This document shows positions 40,391 through 53,340 of a DNA stretch of 64,000 bases, piece by piece. The stretch is from Antedon mediterranea. Taxonomy: Eukaryota; Animalia; Echinodermata. The notes below the pieces were generated by a model. The model was not told the DNA's origin. It saw only the letters and a program-made list of their open reading frames with translations, and searched no databases. The stretch is from NCBI RefSeq assembly GCF_964355755.1, contig NC_092677.1:22989175-23053174 (forward strand), given 5' to 3'. The translations under genes were made by a program, and so were the position numbers. Positions within the stretch are counted from its first letter, which is position 1. Every line of letters starts with the position of its first letter.

Positions 40391-42349
40391 TAAGTTGTGG
40401 AAAAAGTTTTTTCGTTGAGATATCGATATCAGGTTGAAACGCGAATAATTTATGATTTTTTCTGCGTGTAGAATAGCTTGAGGCCATTTGAAGAACTTCT
40501 GTTAAGATGTACGCAATCGGCGTGAATATGGGACCAGTCGTTCCACAGGCCTCTGTGACGCCAATATGTTACACATGCATCATCGGCATAATTCGCCTGA
40601 AGTCGACGGTTAATGTCCACAACAGAGTCGTTAGAGTCGTAAGTTAGAGCTTACCCGACTGGGGTGCCGCTTTAACAGCTGGCTATTACCACAATGTGTT
40701 TACACTCCAGTCCAAATTTAAGATAATCAATTAAATTATGGTGGGCGGATAGGTACGTTCGACGCTGGGCGCAGAGCCTTGAAATTGGCTTTAGACCGAG
40801 CGGGATACTTTTAGGCAGGGCGGGCCCGCCCGGCTTCGCCCTGCACAATTACATCCCTGGAAAAAAAATTTAATAAGCTCGTTTATGGCAGCCAATACCA
40901 AATAGGGGTTTTCTGTTTTGGTGACTTGTTTATTCGAGCGTAGTGTCTACAGCGATCTTCGCCTGCGATGGAGTGTAAAGCGACCATTATTTTCAGCCTT
41001 GTATCAATAAACATACTGTATGTATCACCATCAGGTACAGGTAGATGGTGGATTTGTTTAAAGACCATCTTGAGTATATGATTTTGAGTTTCTAATATTA
41101 AAATTACATAATAATCTTAACAAATGGGTGCTTTTATTTTTATTGTATATTTGACAAAAATGTTGAATTTAAAATATTATTCTATGCCCCACTCACTGCT
41201 GATATTTACCGAAGCGTGAAAATTACCATGATGTCATATCAGTAACAAAACGTGCATGCAATCTGTAACATGCGCGTCGTGTATCTTGTCAACAAGGTGC
41301 CCAAACTTTCAGAGGAAAATAAAAAAAAATAAATAAAAATAAATTAACTCGGTAAAATAAATTTAAACTTTTTTTATACTGTACTGACGTCCGTGACGCT
41401 ATCTATATTTCTACCATTTTATGCCTAAAAAATAAACTATCGTCATGAAACGATAATTATTAAAATATATACAGTGTTGGGCGTTAGCCTAGTGTAAATA
41501 ATAGGCTATAAAAGCCTGTATAATTATAAATTAATCCAGCTAGGCTAGCCTAATCAAGATAGCTTCGTTGTTATTTTCGATGTGATACATACCCTGGTTC
41601 CTGGTGCTCGCGGCACAGAGCAGAATAGGATGAGCCTTTGAATCCTACCCTAGTCCTGGATACCGCTTGAATCCACTTTTTCTGCAAGTTATCATCTTTT
41701 GGAAACAGATGAATACTAACATTATTATTTAAGTATGGTTAATGCTGCACCCAGTTAGCTGCCACACAACGAGGCATTGTTTATAATGAAAAAATGATCG
41801 ATGATTTTGCTTTGTTTATGAAAAAAACGTTGTCTTACAAGGTTTAGCGTGTGTAGTCAGAAGGATCGCACATGCAGACGTTGCCGAATAAACGTCATAT
41901 CCAATTTAGGTCAAATTAAGGTCATAATCAGTGGGCGTTCCATGGAAGCGAAAAAAGGCTCAAAATACTTTTTTTCGGGGAAAATTGGGCAGTAAATAAT
42001 AAAATGCAATGCATGGATCTGTTCATTATACAATTGACTGATTCTTAGTCTTACTAATTACAAATAAATCAGTCATGTACACCCAAATAGAATTTAAAGA
42101 CATTTGCAGGAAGTCTACGAGGCCGGCAAAAAAAACACTCCAAATGTTTGTCGACCGCAGCTTCGTTGGAACATTTGAACGCAATGTTTTGATTGTTTTG
42201 TAACGACTTTTTCAATTTTTTTAAATATTTCGCTAAACTCTTTCTCTTGTGACTAGCGGACTGATTCAAGTTCTTTTGTTACTTGTTCCCTAGAATTGAT
42301 ATAGATATATATACTGAATAGATTCAGTGAACTGTCTATGGATTTCATT

Positions 42350-43130
42350 TACCTCTGTCACTGACATTGCGGAAATGCGGGTCTACAATATATTCATAGT
42401 GAATGTGCCAATCTTCAAAGGCAGTATCTTGTTTCACACAACAGCTTTACCTTTTTCTTCATTACATAAAAGCACTTCTCATCTACTTTAATTTTTATTA
42501 TCTGTTCGAGAAATTCTTGGCATTTCACAGAATTAATAAAAAATCTTCCTAAGCTTTGAAGAAAGCAAACTAAACCATGTTATACACTTCTGGGACCTTT
42601 GTATACTTGGATAATGCAAGATTAAGCTTGTTAGAGGCGCAATGGTAGTAGTCAGCCTTTTCATTTTAAGTTTTTACTTTGAATTGCACAGCTGCTCCAT
42701 TTTGCTTGCCAACCATATTTCCAGCTCGGTCATAAGTTTGTTAATGACAGTACATTGGATCAAGGCCAACTTTATTCAAACAAGTAATTATGAGATCTGC
42801 AATAGTATCAATAATGTTTGTGGACTTCACATAATCTATCAATCTTTCCCAGTTAGCACTGTCATTTACCGGTACTTCATCGGCAATAACCCCGAAAAAG
42901 GGCCGTTTACCTGGCTTCTAACTTGATTCACAATATCTGCCTGTATTGAATTGAATCCAATGCAATCTAGAAGGTTGTTTTGGGTAGTTTTTAAAATGTA
43001 AGATGCATTCTTGTTGCATGTTTCTAAGTGATAGCGCAACGTACGATTCGTCGGTCTCACACATTACATTTAAAATTCTCCTTGTTTATGTTATTGTTTG
43101 TTATGTTGTAGACCTTCTCTGTCGTCCTGA
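42350..43130 (-). pseudogene. hAT (PRKRIR/ZMYM1-like) transposase remnant
   Basis: LRYHLETCNKNASYILKTTQNNLLDCIG...IVNQVR; HCASNKLNL fragment. Confidence 0.6.
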
Positions 43131-43722
43131 TGCCTAGCCTTTCAGAATGGGTCAATATAAAACAACGTAAAAACACACTAATATGGCTTAAAAAATTAAT
43201 ATTCTTTTAAAATCCTCTTCATCGATGTCGCTGTCATCGGCAAACAAAACGTTGATTACTCATCAACATAATTATGAAATTATGAATCAATTGCAGTTTT
43301 GAAAAGCAACTAAAAAATGATTTTGAAATAACGATTCTTCGTTTATTCCAAAGAGAGATTTCTCCTCCTCGTACTAACTCCAGCTATCCCATCCATGTCA
43401 GTGAACCGGAAGCTAGTTAAAATCTCATTTGAATAGAGGCATTTGTGGCTGGATGACGTTTTCGACTTTACTCGACATTGGTATAAGTGTTTTAATACAT
43501 AGCACAAATGCTGGTTCTTGCCCCCTAACAAATACAACCTTCTGTACAAAATCACTATCAACTAGCATATTTAGACTTTCGTACACTGCTTAGTTGAATG
43601 ATCGGAAATATTGTCCACCAGTTTTAAATTATTTTTTTCATCATTTTATTCTAGATTATACACTTGTTTTTTATTTCTTAGTTTGTCTCAATTGTACGTA
43701 TGTGATTGGGCTGGTGGCTTAA

Positions 43723-44686
43723 AGGGACATTGAGTCCTGATAGTACTTAATACCTGTGGATCAGTAAATAATATAATATAACAATTTATATAGCGCACAT
43801 ATCCACTAAAAGTGCTCAAGGCGCTATGCACAACAATAATTTTCTTTTCCAACCACACTATAACTACAGTATTTACAATGTTAAAATAATTTATTAATTG
43901 GTTTCTGCTTCTTTGAATCCAACGTATTGTCCATCGCTGCTTGGGTATTCTTGTCGGATTCTCAGCACTACACACGCAGGAACAACACGACGAACTGCCT
44001 TGCCTAAACTGGCGATACGCTTGGAACCTAAAACTTTCATTAGTAATCGGTTCTTTCAGTTCGTGAACTCTAATATCACTACGGGCGACAAGTGCTATGT
44101 TTAGAACTTCAGGATGTAAACAAACAAAGTCAGAATTAAAATGATCTACAATACATAGTTCATCTTCTAAGCCGTCCATTTTTTCACCCACGTTGTTCAT
44201 TTCATAACACAGGCATTTGTCGGCGGTGGGCATCGAGTCGCATCTTCCACATGAGCACCATTCTTTATTGTTTTTTCGCCATTCTCTATCGTCTTCTTGG
44301 CCGTTATTTTCTTCCATATTATCATCTGTATCATTTCTTGGTTTTCCTTTTCTTCTTGGCTCTAGTTGATAAGGTACTAGACCGTATTCCATTATTTTTT
44401 TGCTGATGATGTTTTATAAACTGACGATGAGAACGAGAATTTCACACTGTGTTCCCAGCATGGAGGAGCCGGAAGCGAAATGAGCCCCTTCAGTGACGTC
44501 ACAGCCTCGTTTTCGATGACAAGGTGTCTGACCATCAAAATTATCAATTCTATACTAAAAACGACAGTTCGACAATCGATTTTATTGAAAATTACGTTAT
44601 GAATGTTAATTATTATCGATCAGATCGTGTTTATTACATTTTATCTACATGTGAATGATGTTTTTAATGCTTAATTCAGCATTCCT
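43723..44686 (-). mobile_element. Internally deleted Kolobok element carrying the P2X7-C-terminus-like (KolX) ORF
   Basis: TTAA-AGG ends (43719-43722, 44687-44690, imperfect TIR); ORF from 44392 with PYQLEP, WCSCGRC, FRFQAYRQF, frameshifted RRVVPACVV. Confidence 0.7.
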
Positions 44687-46489
44687 TTAATACCATATGC
44701 CTCAGCAAAAAGGTATGATTTTAATGATTTAAAAAAAATAATCAATGTCAATGCCTAATTCATTCAGGAATGTCATTTCACAGACGCGGAGCATTAATAG
44801 GAGTGGTGAGATTTCAGTTGAAATAAAAGCAACTTATTATTGGATCGTAAAACTGTTTTCTCTTTCTTCTTTAATGATTTAAGCTTCTTGCATGAATTAA
44901 TTTCAACTTCTGGTGCTGATATTGATAATTGAACTAAAAAGAAAATAAATAGAACAAAATATTGGCATGTAACTTTGATAAAATTTAATTATCCTTCTAT
45001 GCCTGAAAGTTTGATCACAATTAAAATATTAATATATAAATAAATCACTATTTTTTTTTCAAAAACTCTTATTTTTGTTAGGAAAGACCTCTATACCATT
45101 ATGATTTACACAAAAAATATAGCAGAATTAATATTTAATTTAACTTGTGTATACTTTATATTTTTTTTTCGTATTTATTATTATACAATGTGAAAAGAAA
45201 GGTATTTGACAATAATATTATTATTTATTGGGTGCAAGGCTTTACCTGAATGCACGGGTGAATGCATTTCCAAGGTATCTTGTTCAGAAGGTAAACAAGG
45301 AGCTGGAAATTATAAAAATAAAATGTGACATACACATAAGAGTATCATCATCTTGATTAAACTAGATTTGCTCTATATAAATTCATAAAATGTTTCTTTT
45401 GGATAATCCAAAGGCAATAAAACCGTAAAAGTTTTTACTCTAGCTTAATCATGAGTGAGTCCATGAGACGAGTGAAATCTCGTAGCGCCATCTATGGAAC
45501 ATTCAGGTTTTGTAGCAAGCCCAAGATCATTGACGAATAAAGCAATTACTTCTGTTTGTTTCAAGGAGGAATATGGTAAATGTTGTGCCACTTTTTTCTT
45601 TGCTTTTCCAAGTGCTTGTGGGGATTTGTAAGCTCTGAAGTTGTGTATTCTTATTTGTACGGCTATTGGGAGCTTTGCCTGACAATGTTTATTTACTCTC
45701 TCCCTATTTTTAATTTCTCATTTTGTTTTTCGATTTCACTAAAAAGTGATTTACTTGCTTTCTTTCTATTATGATTGATTGATTGATATTTTCGTTTTAC
45801 ATCTTCATATTTTTCTGTATTAACTTAGTACGATATCCAGTGTTCTCCCCAGGCCTTTGAAGCGTCACGGTACCGTGACGCTTGGGTTCTCTACCGTGAC
45901 GCTTTACGGTCGGCCGTGACGCTTAAAACCTTATCCGTGACGCTTAAAAATATCAACCACAACAATCTAAAAATAGATTAACAGGCAGGTACGGTACTTT
46001 CTCTAGAGCTGAGGCGCGGCATGCATAAAGAGCCTAATGCATACACAAGACACGTGACATGACCACTAGACGAAAAACAAAAGACTGCGTAACAAAGTGT
46101 TAAACAACTGAGACTCGCTTTCACCGGCCGCCGCCGAGAGATGTAAACACGTGTTTTGTTACTGCCATGTCTCTCTTTCGATCTCTAGTTATTTGGCTGT
46201 TGTCTAAAATGTAGTAACTTGTATATTGTAAATAAAGTAAATGATTGATTGTATTGTTTTTCTTCTAAAAATGTTATGTGTATTAAAAATAAATATCGAT
46301 GATATTATTATTTTCAATATCACACTGAATTAATCGACTCTATCGGTGGGATTTACTCTTTCGTCGGTAACATACGCACGTCATCAAATGATTTCTAGGC
46401 GCAATTCAATGCTAGCTGCTTTGATCGTATAATACATTCAAGAAGGCTACGATCGTTTTCCTATTTGCTAGTGCGCTAAAGTCTTATTT

Positions 46490-46530
46490 CACTTAACTTA
46501 AGGTACATTTAATGTACCTTAAGTTAAGTG
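46490..46530. other. 41-bp perfect hairpin, CAC...GTG ends, flanked by TATTT
   Basis: TATTT-CACTTAACTTAAGGTACATT-T-AATGTACCTTAAGTTAAGTG-TATTT. Confidence 0.7.
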
Positions 46531-46781
46531 TATTTGTACATCGGTGCTAGAATGTTTTAGGCCCTACTTCGTGAGAAAGTCGAGTGACAAGGGATATCAC
46601 ATGGTATTGTGATATCAGTACTGCGATACTGTATGTCACATGGTGCTTTCACCGGCGGCCGCCGCCGAGAGATGTAAGCACGTGTTTTGTTACTGCCATG
46701 TCTCTCTTTCGAATCGTTTTCCTATTTCCTAGTGCGCTATGAAGTCTTATTTCCGGGCAACTAGAGGTGTCTTACTAATGA

Positions 46782-46807
46782 CATGGAGTAAAGTTCTTTA
46801 CTCCATG
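46782..46807. other. 26-bp hairpin with 7-bp TSD (putative transposon footprint)
   Basis: CTAATGA-CATGGAGTAAAG-TT-CTTTACTCCATG-CTAATGA; sister repeat units have a single CTGATGA. Confidence 0.82.
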
Positions 46808-47014
46808 CTAATGAGTAGGCCTAGTTTTATTTCATCGGGACTTGCCCCCGATGTTTGTATTTGAACGCAAAAAAATGTTTTTTATCGCATATGTTTACCC
46901 GCCGGCGGAAAAAAAAAGTAGGCTACGATCGTTTTAATGTTTGCTAACGCGCTATGAGGTGTCGTTTCCGGCAAACTACAGTTGACTACTGATGAGTAGG
47001 CATATTTTTTTTTT

Positions 47015-47828
47015 CGCTGTGGCTAAAGATACGGTACCGTATTCTAACTTCTGTTTACTAAAGATACGGTAAAATTGCATTACGTCATAACCAGCCAATG
47101 GGGTGCTGGTACGTGTGTGACGTCATCGTATAAGGACTTTGTGGATTTTTTTCATATCGCGAAAACCATGGAGGTATGGCGAAAACAGTGATCAACCGCA
47201 TTTTCTTTATGCTTTATTTATCGCTATTATCGCCGTCGTGTGTGACAAAAACTAAATGTAGCCTACGTCTGTTATTATTATTGAAAAGCCATGTTGATTT
47301 TAATTCTAGAATAGAGAAAACCGTTTTAAAAGAGGCCTAGGCCTACTTACTACGTACTATGTATAACCTCATTATATGAGTTTGTTTGTGAAGGGAAAGC
47401 GATTCCAGGCTGTGGCCAGCTGCATATGTGTGCGCTGATTTCTGTGACTCGTCAGCCCTGGGGCTACACTGCTGTCTAAATCATAGTATTTAAGGGCTCC
47501 TTTATTGTCCGCATTTGCTTGTTGTTTATGGTCACCATTGTAAACAAAGTTTAAAAAAAATATAGGCCTAAATAGGCCATTTGGAATAAAAATAAAACCC
47601 TCATCTGCAGCCCAGCACACACATCCACACAGCCTGGCGCCGCCGATAGGAATTCTCTACATATATACAACCAACAACAGACGCGATATGAAAACAAAAT
47701 CCCAAGTCCTTATACGATGACGTCACACACGTACCAGCACCCCATTGGCTGATTATGACGTAATGCAATTTTACCGTACCTTTAGTAAACAGAAGTTAGA
47801 ATACGGTACCGTATCTTTAGCCACGGCG
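47015..47828. mobile_element. MITE with ~125-bp TIRs inserted in a T-run
   Basis: CGC(T/C)GTGGCTAAAGATACGGTACCGTATTCTAAC...CGTATAAGGACTT mirrored at ~47705-47828; poly-T both sides so TSD length is unresolved. Confidence 0.85.
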
Positions 47829-48204
47829 TTTTTTTTTTCATATATCGCGTACAGTATGTTTACCTGCGGAAAAGTAGGCTCAATCGGGCTGTTTGCTAGC
47901 GCGCTATGAAGTGTCCTTTCCGGCCAACTACAGAGTTGTCCTACTGATGAGTAGCATTTTTTTATTTCATCGGGGAATTCCCCTTGACGTTCGTAATGAA
48001 CGCAAAAAATGTTTCTTATCGCGTATGTTTACCGGCGGAAAAAGCAGGCTACGATCGTGCGGTTTGCTAGCGCGCTATGAAGTGTCTTTCCGGCCAACTA
48101 CAGAGTTGTCCTACTCATGAGTAGGCCTAGTTTTATTTCATCGGGGAATTCCCCTTGACGTTCGTATTAAACGCAAAAACATTTTTTTATCGCGTTTTTT
48201 TTTA

Positions 48205-48354
48205 TCTGTTTTCACATTTAAAACTAAACTCAAAACTCATCTTTTCAGAGAAGCATAATCGCACGCTACTACTTGCACTGATCTTGGAAAACACAGCGCT
48301 TTGAAACCTTTGTCTCTTGCGCTTTATAAATGTTATTTATTATTATTATTATTA
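48205..48354 (+). mobile_element. L2-group LINE 3' tail
   Basis: FKTKLKTHLFREA-stop, AGCGCTTTG...GCGCTTTATAAAT, (TAT)n; interrupts one tandem unit. Confidence 0.75.
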
Positions 48355-50129
48355 TGTTTACTGGCGGAAAAAGTGTGCTACGATGGTTTTACTGTTTGCT
48401 AGTGCGCTATAAAGTTTCGTTTCCGGCCAACTAGAGTTGTCCTACTGATGAGTAGGCTAATAGATTAGGCCTATTTTTTTCATTGGGGCTTCCCCCTGAC
48501 GTTCGTAATTAACGCAAAAAAATGTTTCTTCGCGTATGTTTACCGGCTGAAAAAGTTGGCTACGATCGTTTTGTTGTTTGCTAGCGCGCTATAAGTGTTA
48601 TTTCCGGCCAAACAAGAGGCGTCATTCAACATAAATGTTATGTGTGCGAGAGTACCATTTCCGGCCATCTAGGGTGTAAATTACCAAAAATCGCTTCGCC
48701 ACAGCCCCAACCATGGTGGGGCTGTGGCTCAAGTACTTAGTGTCCCAATGCCCCCCCCCCCCCCTCGGGGGCAACCGTGACGCTTGATGTGAATCCTGGG
48801 GAGAACACTGCGATATCGATGTTCATTTAAAAAAATTTAGTACTACTGCACAATTTAAATTTTTTGAAATATCATAAAGAGCTAAAATGTTTACCAAAAT
48901 AACCAAATTGGCAAATTTATTTAATTTCTTAAGGTATAAAAAACATTAAATTCAAGAGCTAAAAAGGTTGGATTACAATCATAAACTGAAAAATACACAC
49001 TAAAAAACAAATGTTTATAATAAATAGTACAGAGAAAACCTAAAAGACTATTTTATTAACATTGTACCCCAGTAGCCAAATTTGTTGCCTTTAAGACGAA
49101 CAAATCTGAAAACTAAAGAAAATCCCCAGTGAACTGACCTTTTTATTATGATTTCATACTCTTCCAATACCCGTCTTTCAAATATCCATGCCCGTAAAGT
49201 ACATTCTTCGACTCTAAGAAAATTCTCAGCATGGTTTACAATACATCCACCAACTTTCCCCAAGCAATTTTGCTACCCCACTAAGCGATATTGAGTACAT
49301 TTCTCACTTTCTTCTTCCCTTCTCTTCTATAAATCTTTGAAATGTTTCTTGCTGAATTGGGGGATATGAATGGTCACTTCAGGATCCGAAATCCTAGAAA
49401 CATTCAGGTTCTCTTTAATTTTGGTCTATAATTTGGTCTACAAAAGTTAGGCGTCAGTTTCATATCCTTTGTTTACTATCTCTGACTTGCACCGCCATTC
49501 ATTATATATGTCACTCCATCCTAAATAATGGACTTTCAAAAATAAGTGATGGTGTCTTTCTTTATAGTTTATTTTGAAGCATTTACATAGTTATGCAAGA
49601 AGTTGAATGTACTGTTGTAATATAACAATATCAATTTGTATTGCAAAAACATAAACCTCTTCTGTGTGAATGTTACATGCTCACACCAACTCCTTAGCAA
49701 CGATATTGTAAAGCTGTAATTTGGCACATTCAACAACAAATAAAGTACATTCATTTTTATCAAGTTATTGACAAATGAACACAACCCACTTTTTCAACCT
49801 TTAAAACTCAATTATGCCAGTAGTAGTATTGCAAAGATTCTATTGTTTTTGGCTGATTAATAGTTATAAACAATCATTAATTTGATTAGAAACACAAATA
49901 CAGTAATTGGCACTTTCAAATTTATATTTTAACTTTACACATAAATAAATTAGAAAATGGTAAAATAAACACATTTAAAAATTGCACTGTTGAGGTCTAC
50001 TGTGCCTACAGAATTCTCGGATACTCAGAAATAAATATTGTTTTCAAGCATCGTGCAGGCCTGCTGGTTTAATTATTGGAGGGGGACTAGATGGTTGTGT
50101 TGACCTGAGTAAATATGTATTTTCTTCAC

Positions 50130-50610
50130 TGTAAAGATAGTTCTTTTTATGAAACAATACCAGGTATATCTGCATCAAACATGAAGTGTTGGTACGACTT
50201 GATGCCAGGAAACTTTCGGTAATGTCTGGACAGATGACTTACCCAGTCATAAACACCGGATTCATTTCCAACAAGCTGTGCTCGGTTGATTTAAGCAGTG
50301 TTTGATTTGTCTACAACGTCAATAATGTCTTGCAAGGAAGAGACAAATGTTTTTCTGTATGTTTGCTTAAGAAGTCCGAAGCACCAATCGGGACCAGATT
50401 TTGTATGTCCAACTGGTAATAATGAATACTTGATCGTCTTGTAGACCATTCTCAACTCTCCATGCCAAGTACTGTATTAACGCATTATTTTTGTTTTGGC
50501 CGGAACAATTCATTGTCAGCATGTTATTCACCAACCCTGTAATGTTAAAAAAAGTGATGCAGATAACTGATTACCATGTTTTCTCCCATACCACAGCTCA
50601 CACAGTATCA
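50130..50610 (-). pseudogene. Sola-like transposase fragment
   Basis: NCSGQNKNNALIQYLAWR, PVGHTKSGPDWCFGLLKQTY, YDWV...GIKSYQHF. Confidence 0.65.
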
Positions 50611-51419
50611 CTTTTACAAATGTAAAAGGAAATAAGAGACAATGGATACAATGTAAAAATGATAGTAATAGTATACATACTTGTCATAAACTCTAGCTTT
50701 GAGTAAATTCCACTTTGTTTCCACTTCCTCTATAGAATAGATTGGTATATTCAATGTAAACAAACTAATCAGAAGATCCTGAAATGTTTGCCTCATTGTT
50801 GAACTGCAGCAATGAAGATGTATACTGTGTACCATTACTTAATATCGTTACGAATATGCCTTAAGCACACCTGTCTCATGATTATCATATACTATACAGG
50901 AACAACAGGGGAAACAATAATCATGAAGTGTGGGAATATTACACTGTTATCTCTGTTGATGACCTGAATCACACAGACAATTACCAAGTATCAATTCTTT
51001 CTCTTTGGATAAAAACTTCTTCTTTTATTCATAACTTCCAAGCCAATTCTATACAGGGTCTCTGGTGTCTCTCATGTCATTTACATGAATTTGTCTCTGA
51101 ATGCAGGACTGAAACCACCAGAGCCAGTTGGAATTAAATGATGGTGGCCATTGGTCAAATTTACTGGCCCTATTTCTTTTTACATCATTTCTGTTATAAT
51201 AGGGTTGTGATCATTAATGGTGATGTATGAAGACTACTCTTCATCATCTTCCACCATGCTGTGCTCTTCATAATCTGAGCCCTTATCAATCATGTCATTG
51301 ACTAATTCTTCATCTGATGATTCTTCTGGTTCAACAAAATTAACTACTCGTTGAGTAGGCTAGGCCTAAAGTAAATCTACTATCCTTACAAACCTAACTT
51401 GCCATTCTTTTCCTTGCCT

Positions 51420-51750
51420 AGACCGGGAAGGCATGGTACACTTTTGCCGAATTACAATACTGCTTCACAACGACAGTTTCTGGATGAGATGCATTAAATT
51501 CAAAGTGCTGAACTGGTTTTATTCCTGATAATACTTTAAAATGTGGCTTGAGAAAAAACTCCCAGTCATAATACTTTATAATATTGTTCACCCGACTCAT
51601 TTCATACTAATTCCACTTTATTACTATTTTCTTGAGTGCTGTTTCTGACAGCCTTTGCAATATCTTCTAAACATGAAATATCTATTCGATGCAGCTCCCT
51701 TGTCCAAAACACCAATCCGGTGAAAATTTTGCGTGTCCTGCTAACACGAA
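51420..51750 (-). pseudogene. Sola-like transposase fragment
   Basis: GHAKFSPDWCFG; DISCLEDIAKAV; YDWEFFL...GIKPVQHFEF. Confidence 0.6.
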
Positions 51751-53099
51751 TGACATTACGATTGATGTGTGGAGGCCTGTAATTTCTTAATCCAGTCAGC
51801 GTTCCCTCTGAGTAGTGCCCAGAGGAAAAAACAGACATTGAAATGTCTGAATCCAGTACCTCAGAGGAGCTTGAGCATTAAAATTTAATGTTTGTCTTAT
51901 CTGTCGAATAATCGCATGATTGTTTTTTGGCACGTCCAGCATAAGTCTGTCTTTGGCTTGTTCACCAACACATAGGGCAGAAGATTCTTCCGCAGCTTCT
52001 TAAACGTAGATGATGATGATGATTCTTCTGGTTCAACACAATTAATGGATCATGATTTATTCTTATTGGTCTTATATTTTATTGTAAATGTTACACTACA
52101 CTATACAACTAGAGTATTTAGAAATCTACATAAATTCATATAAAGTACATACATTCGTATTAAAACCTATAAGGGCCAGAGGCACACCACCTCTGTATTA
52201 AATGGATAAATGTTTTGCTAAAACTTATACAAGAATGATTTACTATGTCTACAATTATAGTATTGATACAAGTACGGAACATATGGCATACATTTATTGT
52301 AATACAATTAATTCATCATAATCCTATATTATATTCCTATAACCCCAGCATGTCGTTTTAATCAATCAATAAATTTAATAATAGTTGGTGCCATAACTGC
52401 TTTCTCTGGTAAGTCTTTATTTTCAGGTCATGACCTAGTTTGAGAATCCTGATATAGCTCCAAAAAAAAAAAAATTGAAGGATTTCCTACTAATAAACGG
52501 ACCACCGAGTCCCACACCCTAGTTTAGTTTACCGACAGATAAGAAGTTCTCCGGTTCTCTCGTCCTGTCTACTGTAGGTCTTAACATGTACACTAAGTTA
52601 ATTGATTATTTCTAGGTAAAGAAGGATTGTGTTTGATTATGACAGGTCAGGTTTGCCAACGGTGATATTCCGTCGGTTTCATGTACAATGTAAATAGATG
52701 AGAAAAGTAAGGAGATTAAATTCTCATGAGCCGTTATGGCTCTTTTATTCATAAACTTACCAACTAAGAAATACAAGATGGATGGTCCAAAAGTAATTTA
52801 TGTCTATCTCGTTCCATCTTCAAGTGAGTGAGAGAGGTCCCTGGATAAGTTGTTTACCACAATTTAGTGGTTAGTTAAATTAAACGCAGAGTAAAATAGC
52901 CAATCAGAATTTTGATTTGGGCTATACCAATTTCTGTTACAATATTTATAAATTGTTGTACAAGTTATACTACATTATTTACCCCTTCCTTAGCCAGTAC
53001 TCTGGTTGTAAATTGCAACATAATTTCTCAAGGATTGCAAGGTTCCTAGTGACTGCAATAACAGTCTTTGTCATTGATGCTGAAGAGATCACTTGCAAC

Positions 53100-53340
53100 T
53101 AAAGATTGAAGAGTTGAGTGGTTGATCCTTTTGTTGTTTAGTCTGATATTGACGACATGAATCACTATGAATAAGCGTCTCGGTCATTCCAGGCCAATGT
53201 AGGATTTCACAGGCTCTTCTCAAAAAACTTTTAAAGCCCATATGATGAATGAAACCTGTTTCAAACTTACAGAGATTACAACTCTTTCTCTGCAACAGAC
53301 TATGCCATTCTTAATGGATAGTTCATCTCTGAAGCTATAG
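53100..53340 (-). pseudogene. Gypsy/Ty3 integrase zinc-binding fragment
   Basis: YSFRDELSIKNGIV, HMG....RRACEILHWPGM...CRQYQ. Confidence 0.65.

Larger units (their letters stand above)
46445..48620. repeat. Degenerate ~170-bp tandem repeat, about 6 units
   Basis: Recurrent GGCTACGATCG...GCTAGCGCGCTATGAAGTG...TTCCGGCCAACTA...CTACTGATGAGTAGG...AACGCAAAAAA...TGTTTACC. Confidence 0.85.
45838..48810. mobile_element. Non-autonomous DNA transposon with 7-bp TSD and internal ~170-bp tandem array
   Basis: 16-bp perfect TIR CAGTGTTCTCCCCAGG; CGATATC duplicated (45831-45837, 48811-48817); CCGTGACGCTT subterminal repeats. Confidence 0.9.

Noticed and set aside
43688-44392. P2X purinoceptor 7 gene
   Set aside because: Only the Cys-rich domain, no channel region, frameshifted and inside Kolobok-like ends.
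46593-46617. Another CATGG footprint between GATATCA copies
   Set aside because: Insert is not self-complementary and GATATC is palindromic, so a simple hairpin explains it.
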